DNA of 64,000 bases, from contig NC_042999.1 of the NCBI RefSeq assembly GCF_006345805.1, positions 44,578,001 to 44,642,000 of the forward strand, read 5' to 3'. Position 1 is the first letter of the stretch; every line of letters begins with the position of its first letter. The translations under genes and the position numbers were made by a program. This document shows, piece by piece, positions 1-12,053 of the stretch. This DNA comes from Octopus sinensis (Eukaryota). The notes beneath the pieces were generated by a model. It searched no databases. It saw only the letters and a program-made list of their open reading frames with translations, and was not told the origin of the DNA.

Positions 1-784
1 TAAAGAGTATGATGTAGTAGTTCATAGTGGTGATATGCATTCAATATAAAAAATTCATGTTCTTGAAAAAGCAAGGAATTCATTTTAGATTTTACCTTGT
101 GTTCCAATGGGAGCAACTGTAATGACTTTTGGTTGGTGTCTGTTCGTATAGTTTTGGTGAATCTTGTGAATTGTTTGGGTTTTATATCAGTTCAGCTTAG
201 CTGTCTCACTTGCATTTTTCACTGACGTCATATAGTTCCCAACCAGTCAAAACTCAGTCTCAACGAATATATCCTGTTAGGAAACCAACCAAGCATAAAT
301 CTAAGTCCTTCTATTATAAGGTCTTTGTTTATGCTGGACTAGCCACCTAACGAGATGATTGGTCAAAACATTGATGACGTCTCGTTCCGCTGGACTAGCC
401 ACCTAACAGGATACAGTCATGGGTCAGATCTAATTTCAATCCGTCAAAAACAAGGATGACATATTTCTTCTGTGGCCAAACTTTCATTCTGCTTGGTTGG
501 TTTCCTAACAGGATATGTTCGTTGAGACTGAGTTTTGATTGGTTGGGAACTATACGACGTCAGTGAAAAATGCAAGTGAGACAGCTAAGCTGAACTGATA
601 TAAAACCCAAACAATTCACAAGATTCACCAAAACTATACGAACAGACACCAACCAAAAGTCATTACAGTTGCTCCCATTGGAACACAAAGTAAAATCTAA
701 AATGAATTCCTCGCTTTTTCAAGAACATGAATTTTTTATATTGAATGCATATCACCACTATGAACTACTACATCATACTCTTTA
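1..784. mobile_element. Foldback/MITE-like element with ~295-bp inverted arms (probably extends left of the window)
   Basis: 1-295 is the near-perfect reverse complement of 490-784. The spacer 296-489 contains a 19-bp direct repeat GCTGGACTAGCCACCTAAC (333-351, 389-407). Confidence 0.7.
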
Positions 785-1051
785 AACATATAGCATGGAC
801 TCGCTTTACTATATATGAATTTTTTATGTCTGACTCTAATGAATATTATATATGAATTTTTTATATTTGATAGCATGAACTATCTTTTTTATATATAATT
901 TTTTTTGATAAGGTTCGTCATTTCAAGAACCGAAACATGTTAAATAAATAATGTATATATAAAAATTAAAATTTGTCTAATATAGCAGCATTTTCAAACT
1001 TCATTTTTTACAAATATATACCCACTCATATACGAGCTAATCTTATTATAA

Positions 1052-1085
<34 letters not shown>

Positions 1086-1087
1086 AT

Positions 1088-1270
1088 GTATATGTTTGTG
1101 TGTCTGAGTTTGTCTCCCCAACATCGCTTGACAACCGATGTTGGTGTGTTTACGTCTCTGTAACTTAGTGGTTCCGCAAAAGAGACCGATAGAATAAGTA
1201 CTATGCTTACAAAGAATAACTCCTGTGGTCGATTTGCTCGGCTTAAGGTAGTGCTTCAGTATGGCCACTG
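1088..1270 (+). mobile_element. SINE family A, 3' half (intronic)
   Basis: Matches the post-microsatellite half of the full copy at 52151-52567 (CTTGACAACCGATG...GACCGATAGAATAAGTACT...GGTCGATTTG). Confidence 0.7.
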
Positions 1271-1473
1271 GAACATGTAAAGAGTATGCCTGTTGTATGT
1301 TTTAAAATAAATCTTTTGAATTCCAAGCTGTGTTCTAACTCTGTTGATTTTTAATCCTTTAAAAAAAAAATTGGTAGCAAGTAATTTTTTTCGTTTTTTT
1401 TTTAAACAAGGATAATATGTTATCTCTTCAGTGATTGAACTAATTATTTTACTTTCATTGTTATTATTCTCAG

Positions 1474-1853
1474 AGAAAGAAAGAAGCCGTCAAAAAATAG
1501 TACGAAGTAGTAAGCCATCAAATAGTCAAATCTCATCAAAACCACATACTGGCCAGCCTGTGCCGTCAAAAACTCAAAAGCCAGAAAGTAGGCAAGGTGG
1601 GCAACAACAACAACAACAGCAACAACAACAACAACAACAGCAGCAGCAGCAGCAACAGCAACAACAACAGCAACAACCTCATCACCACCACCACCATCAT
1701 CACCATCATCATGCTGCAGCAGATTCATCTGCTACCACAAGAACCACAAGTACAGGGCCACCTAGTAGTACTTCAGTTTTACCCAGCAAAACTAAAGATC
1801 CCTTAAAAATTGTTGGACAGAAATCTAACATCAAACTAACTCTCATCAGCAAG
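1474..1853 (+). CDS. ZC3H18: ZC3H18-like protein, internal exon (Ser/Gln/His-rich, ends KSNIKLTLISK)
   Basis: Acceptor ttattctcAG at 1473 and donor AAG|gtaatc at 1854. Open frame that joins in phase 0 to the 3620 exon. The IKLTL-x-x-K motif resembles my recollection of vertebrate ZC3H18. Confidence 0.72.
1602..1712 (+). repeat. Coding trinucleotide repeat: Q25-P-H11
   Basis: CAA/CAG x25 (1602-1676), CCT, then CAY x11 (1680-1712), in frame with the exon. Confidence 0.9.
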
Positions 1854-2259
1854 GTAATCTCCTCTCTTATTTTCCCTCTGTGTAGTTAAGAAGTTCATTT
1901 TTTCAAATATGTGTTGGGTTCAGTCCCTCTACTTTGATTGTAGTTCTGACCATACCAAATCCTTGTGAATGAATTTGGTAGATGAAAAAATAAGAAGATT
2001 GTCGTGTGTGTGTGTGCATGAATGTCTTTAACTTTGCACTGCTCTGAAAATTGCTTTGTTACAAGCAGTTATGTAATTTTATTTATTATCAAATCATTTA
2101 TTGGCCTTGTGCTTTTGAAGATGGATTGAGTAAGGGATCCCTTACTTGTAAAGCAAGGTTAGTGATGGGAAGGGCATCCACCTGTAAAACAATGCCGCTT
2201 TGATATATTCATCTAACTTATACTAGCATGGAAAAGCTAGTGAAAACTGAACAAATATA

Positions 2260-3098
2260 GGTGCTAGTATAGTATGCGTTCTATCACGTTGTCAAACGTA
2301 GCCAGGGTTATCTACCTTAAATGTTCGGTTTGTAAAGGAAACCAATTTTACCATTATATGGATATTAACAACAAATTAAACTTGTAAGCTGAGCCTGAGT
2401 GAGATTTTAGAACTAATTTTTGTTTTGTCATGGATATACCCATGACCACAGTAGTGACTCTAACAGGAAAATCTAAAAATACAATAATTGACTGGTATAA
2501 TATGTGCCGCGAAGTGTGTAGAGCCATAGTTTATTATGTATGAAGCGGGAAGATGGTTGGAACAAATGATAACTCCATTCAGATCGACGAAGAAAGATTT
2601 GCTGGTCAACGAAAATGCAAGTGAGGAAAAAATGCTGAATGGCAACAACTCTCCTCTCTCTGAAGTCAGTGATGCGGAACAACGGAGCCATGGACATAGA
2701 ATTGATCGGCCTTGTGTTTTTGGTCTCAAACAAGGCTCAGACTGTCGATACTTTTGTTTGGAATGGCGTGACAGGAACAGTCTGATCCCAATTATTGAAA
2801 GAATATGAAAAAGGTTCACTAATTCATTCAGATGAGTGACCTGCTTATAATAATTTAAATGCCATAGGTTGTTACCATCTAACAGTGAACCATCAACAAC
2901 ATGATGTGGATCCAGTGACCAGAGCACACACTCAAGCCATTGAATGATCATGGTAAGATGCTAAAAACTATGATTCTGGGGGAAAACAAAAATGATCTCT
3001 GAAATACTGAAAGTTTTTTTTTTATCTCTGAAACATCTGAAAGATGAGTTATATAACCTTGTTTGACACCGTGGTAGATTGCCTACTGTACTAGCACC
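2260..3098 (+). mobile_element. Merlin (IS1595/ISXO2-like) DNA transposon, internally deleted and decayed
   Basis: 38-bp imperfect TIRs (GGTGCTAGTATAG...TGTCAAAC / GTTTGACA...CTAGCACC) and an 8-bp TSD CAAATATA (2252-2259, 3099-3106). Transposase remnants QIDEERFAGQRK, RDRNSLIPIIE, SLIHSDE*PAY and TVNH...DPVTRAHTQAIE are broken by stops and frameshifts. Confidence 0.9.
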
Positions 3099-3619
3099 CA
3101 AATATATATGTATATTTCAGCATTGGTGCAGTATGGCCAAGCGATTAACAAATTTTCCTTGCAACCACAAAGTCCCAGGTTTGATCCTGCTGTGTGGCAT
3201 CTAAAGCATGTATCATTTTCTATAGTTTTGGGTCAACCGATAACTTATTTAGTGAAAATTGTTAGATGGAAATTATCTAGATGTCTGCTGGATGGATTGT
3301 ATCTGCAATTCAAAGGTACATCCTTATTACTCTCTGTGTCACACTGATTTAACTTGGGAGTTACAGTAAAAGTATAGCTGCCTGTGGAATACTCTGTCAC
3401 TTATGCATTAAATCAAGTGTAGGTAATTCAGTTTCTCAAAATACTAAATCCTCATCATTGAAAGACAGAGAAACCATCCTTGCATCCATATGTCAGCTCT
3501 TAACTTCTATAGCATGTTGATTTTAAAAATGTTCTTGGTCACTTTTGGAAGTAAACATTATGGAACTTGGAAAATTTCTTGTAAATGTTGCACTTTAAAT
3601 TCTCTTTTATTTACCATAG

Positions 3620-3728
3620 CCTTCTGAGAAGGAATCAACTGCCCAGAGTAGAAAAAGATCTGCAGATACTAGTGTAGCATCTTCCGCCAAAAGACAGGCA
3701 CTAACTGCTTTATCCTCTAAGCCACCAG
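3620..3728 (+). CDS. ZC3H18: ZC3H18-like protein, penultimate coding exon (PSEKESTAQSRKRSADTSVASSAKRQALTALSSKPP)
   Basis: Acceptor tttaccatAG at 3619 and donor CAG|gtaact at 3729. 109 nt, phase 0 to phase 1, consistent with both neighbouring exons. Confidence 0.75.
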
Positions 3729-4031
3729 GTAACTTTATTTTCTCTCCGAATCATTCCTAATCTGAAATGTAAATTATTTGTATATTTTGTATATAAATGG
3801 AGGAATATATATTTGATTATACACTTGCATGTACTGCAAGATGAGAACATTCACTAACAATTATTAGAAGTTATATTAGATAAGCTGTATGTATTGAATT
3901 GAGACTGCAAAACTTCACTGGGATTAACTTATTCTTTTATTTTTGAAGCATCAAGAATAACTGTTTTATTGAAACTAAGTCATCTCCATAATTGATTTTT
4001 CCTTTTTAATATAAAGCCTGTTTTAGGGTAT

Positions 4032-4255
4032 GACAGTGTATGGCTCAGTGGTTAAAGCATCGAGCTCACAATCATAAGATAATGAGTTCAATTCCCAGAC
4101 CAGGCTGTGTATTGTGTTCTCTAGAGGGGAGACTAGTATGCATGGACAACTGCTTGTCTTCTGTAAACAACCTTACCCAGACTTGTGCCTCAGAGGGTAA
4201 CTTTATAGGTGCAATCCCATGGTCATTCTTGATCAGAGGTGGGGTCTTAAGTTTC
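4032..4255 (+). mobile_element. tRNA-derived SINE (intronic)
   Basis: A-box-like TGGCTCAGTGG and B-box-like GAGTTCAATTCC, followed by non-tRNA body sequence. Confidence 0.6.
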
Positions 4256-4581
4256 AGGATGTAAACACATGAATTTAGCTTCAGTTCCACTACATAGCAC
4301 CTGGGTTAAGTGATTTCAACTGTGATCTGATACCAACCTATGTCTAGAAATACAATTTGGTAAAAAGAAACTGTAAGGAAGTTCATGAGTGTTTGTATGC
4401 ACACATCACACACACACACTTACTTCGTCTTCTAGAAAATTAGCTGGATAGTCAAGTACCATTTCTTTGTAATGTGATAGTTCTGAAGCTTATATTTAAG
4501 CAATTTTATTCAATGATACCTTATTATTTTGCACATTTAAATTTTAATCTTTTGAAAACCATGTTGTTCTTCTCTTTCTAG

Positions 4582-4979
4582 ATAAACCTACGAAAGCTCA
4601 ACTAAATAGAACAGAGAAGTCAGATGCTGTTCTACCACGAATTAAACCAGCCCCTATAATGCAACCTTCTACTATGCAGTCTAACTTGGTTCCCCCTGCT
4701 AAAACAAGTGCAAAAGCTTTCTTACCTATGAAACCTGGACTCCCAAGAACTGGTGCCATATCCATTAGCAGCAGTGGAGCCTCATCTGTGAGCTCAGCTC
4801 CTGCTGTTGTTACTACTGCTGCTGCTGCTAGTGCTAGTGCTGCTGCCCCTGTTGCTGCTGTCACAGGTGCAGCTGCCACCAAAGCGAAAAAGAGTACATC
4901 GTCACGTCGAGAGGAGCTTCTGAAACAATTGAAAGCTGTTGAAGATGCAATTGCCAGAAAGCGAGCGAAAATGAATTGA
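4582..4979 (+). CDS. ZC3H18: ZC3H18-like protein, last coding exon (ends SRREELLKQLKAVEDAIARKRAKMN*)
   Basis: Acceptor ctctttctAG at 4581. The phase-1 join gives D-K-P-T-K, and the stop is TGA at 4977-4979. The C-terminal RREELLKQLKAVEDAIARKRAK matches the conserved ZC3H18 C-terminus as I recall it. Confidence 0.85.
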
Positions 4980-5940
4980 TGATATCCATTCCACTAGGTT
5001 ATTACTTGTATAAATGTGTGAGTTAATAAAAGGGTGGTGATGGTGGTGAAGTGAAGTACTTTTTTTTTTTTAATAGAAAAAAAAAAAGTAGGAAACAAAA
5101 AATCTTAAACAACTGTCTTAAATATCCTTGCTCCTCTCACATACAGAATTTTCTTTTCTTTTATTGATTTCCAAGTTGGTGATAGTCGACAAAAAAATGT
5201 TAAAAAAAAAAAAAAAAAAAAAGAAACCTTTCCTTTCATGTTTCTCCAAGCTCATGATTTAGTTTTAACAATTATCGTGATCGTAATCGTCTTTTATTCA
5301 CATCACATTTTCTCAACTTGATTTACTTTGTGATTTTTTTTTTTTTTTTTTTTTTGTTGCAGATTGATACATGTGTGTAAGTGTGTGTCTGTCTGTCTTT
5401 CTGTCTATCTGAGTATTAATGTTGAGGAGGATGTAGGCTTGAGTAGAAAGCCAAAACACAGAAGAAAAAAAAAAAAAAATCTCTTGTTAGGAGCACTTAT
5501 TGAAATTGATTCACAAAACACTGTTGACAGCTGACTTCTGTATTAGAAAATGTTTTGTTTTGATAAGTAATATAAGCAACCAGTCTCAAGTTGAAAGTTT
5601 ATATATAACAAAATAATAGTACAGATTTTTACTTAAAGACTTTGATTTTGACTTTGAAAATAGTGAATCTTGATTGGTATTTTGTTTTCATGGTTAGCTG
5701 ACAAATACAACAGTACTCTCTTATTGTGTAGTTACTTTCGTAGGTGTATTTTAAATGGGTACCATTTGTTTTATACATTAAGGTATCAAAATATCCATAT
5801 TGATTTCTTTGGGGCAGATTGCAATTTTACTGGAAATATTTAAAATGCTCATATTAATTCTACAAATATAGCCCCCCCTCCCACCCATTTAAGAATATAA
5901 AAATTAGCATAAAACACTATATATGTAGACATTTATGTAT

Positions 5941-5983
<43 letters not shown>

Positions 5984-8085
5984 ATTTATGTATATATATG
6001 TGTGTGTATATGTATTTATGTATATATATGTGTGTGTATATGTATTTATGTATATATATATATGTGTGTATATGTATTTATGTATATATATACGTGTGTG
6101 TGTGTATATATTTATGTATGTATACACATATATGAATTGTTGTGATATTTTGTTTTATTTTATATGAGTCACTTCTGTTAATGCACTTTGTTGTTTGAAT
6201 TATTAATCTAGGTTTTGAAATAACCTGTAAAGAATTTAATTCAATAAGTATTGTTTTGTTTCAAGACTTCATATTTAGCATTTTCAATGTGATATGGGTT
6301 TTTTTTTTTTATAGACCATTGCTTCCCAAGAGAGATATAAATTTTATTTGATCAGTCTTTCTCTTTGATATGAGAAGCTGCTATCTTAAGTTTCATTTAT
6401 TGTAAAAATATTTTTCATTTATACTTTTTTCAAGGTGGTGCTGATAGATAACACTTTGTATGCATGTCTGTAAAAAAGGACACAATGTTATACAAAGTTA
6501 TTAGGAAGAAACTAATGGGATTGATACTGATATTGTTTAATTACAAGTTTTTATTTTGGGAGAGACCGAGAAAACAAATCACAATATTTTACTAACAGTC
6601 GAACTTTAACACTGTTATTGAGTTTTTAAGATTCCTTTTCTCTTGACATTTTGCTAATTAATAAGTAGTTTCATGAGAGTTATGTATCATTAAGCTACAT
6701 TATATTTCAGTATGTCAGCTGATAAAACTGAACTGCTCTAAATGAAGATTAGCCGTTCTGATGACTTGGTGAAATCCTGAAGTTTTTTTTCTCGGTTATT
6801 CTGTCTGAATTCTATCACCTTAACTTAGATAATAGTTCTCAAATGCATTATTTTACTAATCTCAATCTCAGAGTTTTCTATTTACTCCAATTTTGCTTCA
6901 CGTCATATTAGTTTATATTGGTTTAAAAAAACGACCCAAAATTCACTATTTTGATCTTTTAAATTAATTCCATTTATTTTTCTTTGATTTATCTGCTGCA
7001 AGTTTTCACTACTGTTTTATATTCATCAAGTCTTAAATGATTTAAGTTCACTTTTGTTAACATGATACAACATTATATTTCCATTAAATCCATATTTGTT
7101 TATTCATTTCCATGATAAAATAAATTATGTTAGAATTGCATTTCATTTTTGCAGAAATGAAGTTTCGTGGTGACTAAATAAATATAGTTGTGCCAAAAAT
7201 CTAACGATTCAGACCAAAGAGTTTCTAAAACTTAAAATTGCAACAGGAATGTTAATTAACCTTCGTTATTTTGGCAAAATTAGTTTAGTTACTCTGTGTC
7301 TAGTTTTATATGGTAGCTGTTCAAAGAATCCATATAATATTGTCATTTAATTTTTTCTCACTGCACTTTCAATGGTTCTGTTATAATTTCATAATTTGAA
7401 ATAATTCTTTTCCAATAACAAAGGTGTTTCAGTTACTTAAACCTTCCCCACCTAATTTTTCCTTTTTTTTTCTTTATATACAATTAAGTTATTTATTGTG
7501 TGTTCTCCTTTTACACTTGGTCTTCTCTCCCTCAACATAAAAAGAAATATACTATGATCAAACTGTTCTAAGATTTTCAGTTGCCATCACAGGAAATCTG
7601 TTAAACACTTAGAATAATGTGATCACTTATGCGTTTTATATATATACATGTATATATACATACATACGTATATATAAATGTTTGCTCACATGGCAACGCT
7701 TTTAAGCTGTCATACATTCTTCCACTTTGTTCCAGTACTGACCAGTGAATCGGTACTTTAGATATTGGTATTACTGTTGCTATGTACTGTAAATATATAC
7801 ATATATTTTTTTTTTTTTATTTTGCTAAAAGATTAAAACGACTGTTTAGGTCATTTTTATCTGAATCAGGGAATGATGATTGAAAAGAAAAGAAAAAAAG
7901 ACAAACAAACAAAAAACATGGAAATAGAGGGGAAACCTAAATTTGTAAATAATTTTCATTCTGTAGTGAAAGTTTAATATATGTTTCCTTTGTCAGGAAA
8001 AGATAATAATCTCATTACTATTTGGACTGCAAAGTGTAAATACCTGTTTTAATACAATAAAAATGTAATATAAAAAAAAATAGTT
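4980..8085 (+). other. Probable long 3'UTR of the ZC3H18-like gene
   Basis: U/A-rich, SINE-free stretch after the stop. AATAAA at 5025-5030 and 8056-8061, the latter followed by a GT/T-rich tract. SINEs resume at about 8190. Confidence 0.5.
5970..6110. repeat. ~30-bp AT-rich minisatellite (TGTATTTATGTATATATATGTGTGTGTATA)n
   Basis: About 4-5 tandem, slightly varying units. Confidence 0.7.
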
Positions 8086-8408
8086 TCTTTGTCGGTTTTA
8101 TTATGATTCTTCTGTATTCTCTCTAATTTTTGCTTCTTCAGCAAATATTTACTCATTCCATTTGTGGACACTGCATGACTGAATGATTTATCGTTTTCTT
8201 TTATCTTTCTCTTGTTTCAGTCATTTGACTGTGACCATGCTGGGGCACTGCCTTGAAAGGTTGTAGTCGAACAAATTGACCACAGGATGTATTTTTTTAA
8301 ACCTAGAATTTATTCTATCTGCCTCTTTTGTTGAACTACTAAATTATGGGGATGTAAATGCACTAACACTGGTTGTCAATTGGTAAGGGGACAGTCACAA
8401 AGACACAG

Positions 8409-8449
<41 letters not shown>

Positions 8450-9309
8450 AGTGGATTTGGTGGACAGAAACTGAAAGAAGCCTGTCATATATCATCATCA
8501 TGATCATCATCATTTAGCGTCTGTTTTCCATGCTAGCATGGGTTGGACGGTTCAACTGGGGTCTGTGAAGCCGGATGTGTGTTTGTGTGTACATTTATTG
8601 TTACATCACATGATAGCTGTAACCGAGCATTGCTGTCACACAAGCGATGGTGTTTGTTTCCTATCTTTTGTGGATAACATGTCTGGCCTTGAGAAATATT
8701 ACCTTATGAGGGTTGGTGACAGGAAGGGCATCTGGATGTAGTAAGCATTTCTCAATAAATTCCATCTGACCCATGCAAACATTGGAAAAGTGGGTGTTAA
8801 ATGATGACGATGACTACCAACTGAAATAAAATGCCTTGAGTATGAAACCTGCAGCTATCATTTGAGCCCTACCTTTGGAACCAGGTCAACTTGGGTTGAT
8901 GTGACCTATCATCAAAAATGTTTCAGCTGTGACCACTTCATCTTTCTAGTGGTATACCTTGAACTACATCATCCAATGTATCCTTATTTAAAAGAGTAGA
9001 TTAAATTTGAAGACAGATTTGGTTGGTATTACTAGCTGATTGAACAGCCACACAGGTTCCCACTCTTCAGCTTGTTTAGCTTTTATCGAAATTTTATTTG
9101 AAACTAGATACCAGTGAAGACTGTGCTTCTCAAAATTTTGGACTTGGGAGTGAATTGGCTGAGTCATCAGAGCATAAAACAAAATGCTTCCAGTATTGTT
9201 ACAGCTCTGTCCTGAATTTAAATCATATCAAAGGCAGTTTTGTCCTTCATATGTTGGAGGTGATAAAATAAGGTGCTAGTCCTGGACAGTGGTTCTCTGG
9301 AATTAATAG

Positions 9310-9900
9310 AGCATTGGATGAGGATTTTTTGCAGTATTTCTAGTTTTTTTTTTTGGCATACTGAATTCTTGGGTGGTACACTTCACCTGATTCTTGGGTA
9401 TCTTTAGCAGAGTTTGTTCAAATGCAAACATTTGGACCAGGTCTCGGTTCCCAGTTTGAAGATAACTTTCTCCTTTTATTCCACCAGTCTCATAAGTCCT
9501 GACACAGTAAACAAGGTTATAAAGAAAGAAAGAAAGCAAAGTGATGCACCAACATATTTAGAACAATCACTGGTACCGTATTTGGCCAATGAAAAGAAGC
9601 AACAATGGTGTTCAAATATTCATTAGATCCATCATAGACTACATCTGTCTTAAATTGTCTCAACCTGTTTCCCCAATCTCTACACTACAAACTACTGATA
9701 ACATAAAACAGGGCACTACATATCATGACATGTATATGGACCACATTCGCAGGATTACATACGTAATGAAATGAAACCCCAACGGTATGTGTCTTTTTGC
9801 TCAGAAACCATCTCCAAACTTCAAGGCACATGTACAACATCCAGTTAATTATTTCCAGAGTAGTACATCAAGTGGTTTTCACTCTAAATTTTAATCTAAT
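9310..9900 (+). pseudogene. Decayed LINE fragment (post-RT region, I-group-like)
   Basis: 9578-9645 (ATTTGGCCAATGAAAAGAAG..ACAATGGTG..ATTAGATCC..TACATC) aligns by eye with the minus-strand fragment near 28670-28745. The translation resembles the conserved LINE region downstream of RT. Confidence 0.4.
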
Positions 9901-10160
9901 TATTGCTGAATATTTTAATATGAATCTTTTGATAATTTACATCTATTTATGTAACTTTTTGCCTGGGTGCTTTTTCTCTCGGTATGTGTGACTTTTATTT
10001 AGTGTCCTTTAGTAGATTTTAGCTATTGAAACAGTGCTTTTTAAAATTATGAATTGGTAACTTTGACTATTTCTGCATCTTAAAATTTGAATGGCCTTTG
10101 GGCAAGCTGAATTCCAGCACCCTTTCAATTGAGTTAAAAAAAAACAATAACTTTCGCTAA

Positions 10161-10390
10161 TTTACATTATTTACATTTGACGGATATTTGTCCTCATCTT
10201 GCTTGTTGTTAACGCAACGTTTTGGCTGATATACCCTCCAACCTTCATCAGGTGTCTTGCAGAAATTTTGAACCTGGGTTCTCATTCCTAAGGTATTTTT
10301 TGATGTTATTATTATTATTATTAAGGTCACTGCCTGGAATCGAACTCAGAATCTTGGAGTTAGTAGCCCGCACTCTTAACCACTATGCTA
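10161..10390 (-). mobile_element. tRNA-headed SINE carrying a hammerhead-like motif in its 3' half
   Basis: The minus strand has A box TAGCATAGTGG and B box GAGTTCGATTCC (10325-10390), then (AAT)n, the hammerhead-like motif and the tail ...CAAATGTAAATAATGTAAA. Confidence 0.75.
10211..10256 (-). ncRNA. Minimal type I hammerhead ribozyme motif, decayed (G12A)
   Basis: GACAC-CTGATGA-A-GGTTG-gagggtatat-CAGCC-AAAA-CGTT-GCGTT. Helix II has 5 bp, helix III is the palindromic AACGTT, and helix I pairs at 4 of 5 positions. GAAA reads AAAA. Confidence 0.6.
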
Positions 10391-10396
10391 TAGTCA

Positions 10397-10734
10397 CAGG
10401 CGTAGCTGTGTGGTAAGAAGTTTGCTTCCTGATCACATGGTTTTATGTTCAGTCCCACTATGTGGCATCATGGGTAAATATATTCTACTATAGCTCCGGG
10501 TCGAACAAAGCCTTGTGAGTGGATTTGGTAAACGGAAACTGAAAGAAGCTCGTTGTATAAAAAAATGTCTGGTACTATTCTATCGGTTTCTTTTTATTGA
10601 ACCACACAGCGGTTCGGTTAAAGACATCGATAGACTAAAGAAAATCAAGTATTGGGGTCGATTTGTTCGACTAAACTCTTCAAGGTGTTGCCCCAGCGTG
10701 GCTGAAGTCTAATGACTGAAGCAAGTAAAAGATA
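10397..10734 (+). mobile_element. SINE family A (tRNA head, internal microsatellite site, GTAAAAG tail)
   Basis: Collinear with 52151-52567. Confidence 0.75.
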
Positions 10735-10964
10735 TATTTCTTTACTGCCCACAAGGGGCTAAACACAGAGGGGACAAACAAGATCAGACGAAGGGATTGA
10801 GTCGATTATATCGCCCCCAGTGCGAAACTGGTACTTTATTTATCGACCCCGAAAGGATGAAAGGCAAAGTTGACCTCGGCGGAATTTGAACTCAGAACGT
10901 AACGACAGACGAAATACCGCTAAGTATTTCGCCCGGCGCGCTAACGATTCTGCCAGCTCGCCGC
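10735..10964 (-). mobile_element. SINE family B (tRNA-derived) inserted in the tail of a family A SINE
   Basis: Head GCGGCGAGCTGGCAGAATCGTTAG with B box GAGTTCAAATTCC. Central GCCTTTCATCCTTTCGGGGTCGATAAA resembles Meta/MESC-type domains (recollection). TSD (GC)AAGTAAAAGATA at 10721-10734 and 10963-10976. Confidence 0.8.
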
Positions 10965-11433
10965 AAGTAAAAGATAGAGTACTAAATGTAGATGAAGCAA
11001 TAAAGCGCTTATTACAATAAACAAACCAGTGAAGCAGCAAAGCCTCGAATCCTTTCTTCAACTAGGGGAAAGAGAGAGAGAGCGTGCATATGTGTGTGTG
11101 TGTGCGTACCATCGCTGGCAATATTTTCGGCTCATTTCCGTTACAGTCATTGAGTGGTGGATGGATGGGTAAGAGAAAATCCAGAGTCTGCTATCTTCCA
11201 TAGATGTAACGATTTTCATCTAATAACATATAGGATATTGACATAACTGGAAAAAAAAAAAAAAAAAAAAAAAATCCGGAACACATATTATCTTATGGGT
11301 CTCTCTTTCATTTGAAAATGATTTTATAGCACATCTATTTTTGTTACTATTTACTATTTTTACTATATCTTTTTCTAATGACATAATTGCCAAATAATTC
11401 CGTCTTTGTGTTACGGATGACCATAAATACACC

Positions 11434-11489
<56 letters not shown>

Positions 11490-11985
11490 TAAAGTAAAAA
11501 TAAATTATTAAAAATCTAAAAATCGCAATTATTATGTCTTCCAATTGCTTTATAAACTAGTATGCGTTTATGAAAGCTTTTAATATAGCGTTTTATTTCT
11601 CATGTTATAACTTTCTATGTCCTACTTATTTCATCTTTCAGTTGGTTCTTTGATATGCACAGACCACTTAAATATCGTTTAATAACCATACAAACTCAAT
11701 TATTTAAAATAATTATTACAAAGTGAAAGCATTTAACCGATAACATAGTTGTTGAAGCAATTCATATAATAGCTTTTCAAACTTTATTTTACTGCCAAAG
11801 TTGAGTTTCAAAATTCCATAACTCTGCGTGTGTATGGTTAAGAAGCTCTCTTTAAACCATGCGGTTTCGGGTTCATTCCCTTCGTGCGGCACCTTGAGTA
11901 AGTGTCTTCTATTATAACTCCGGGCCGACCAATACCTTATTAAGGAATTTGGTAGGCTGAAACTGTGTGGAAGCCCGTATATATA

Positions 11986-12051
<66 letters not shown>

Positions 12052-12053
<2 letters not shown>

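Noticed and set aside
347-373. CTAACGA...AAAACATTG resembling a doubly mutated hammerhead
   Set aside because: Two core mismatches and no valid NUH or helix III.
1431-1473. Signal-peptide-like start MIELIILLSLLLFS of ORF 1431-1889
   Set aside because: This is the intronic pyrimidine tract read from a GTG. The real exon starts at 1474.
2460-2990. IS1595-like transposase suggesting bacterial contamination
   Set aside because: It sits with TIRs and a TSD inside a spliceosomal intron, which fits eukaryotic Merlin.
6758-6780. CTGATGA-N6-GAAA, or a box C/D-like pair, in the 3'UTR
   Set aside because: No helix II pairing, and too short for a snoRNA.
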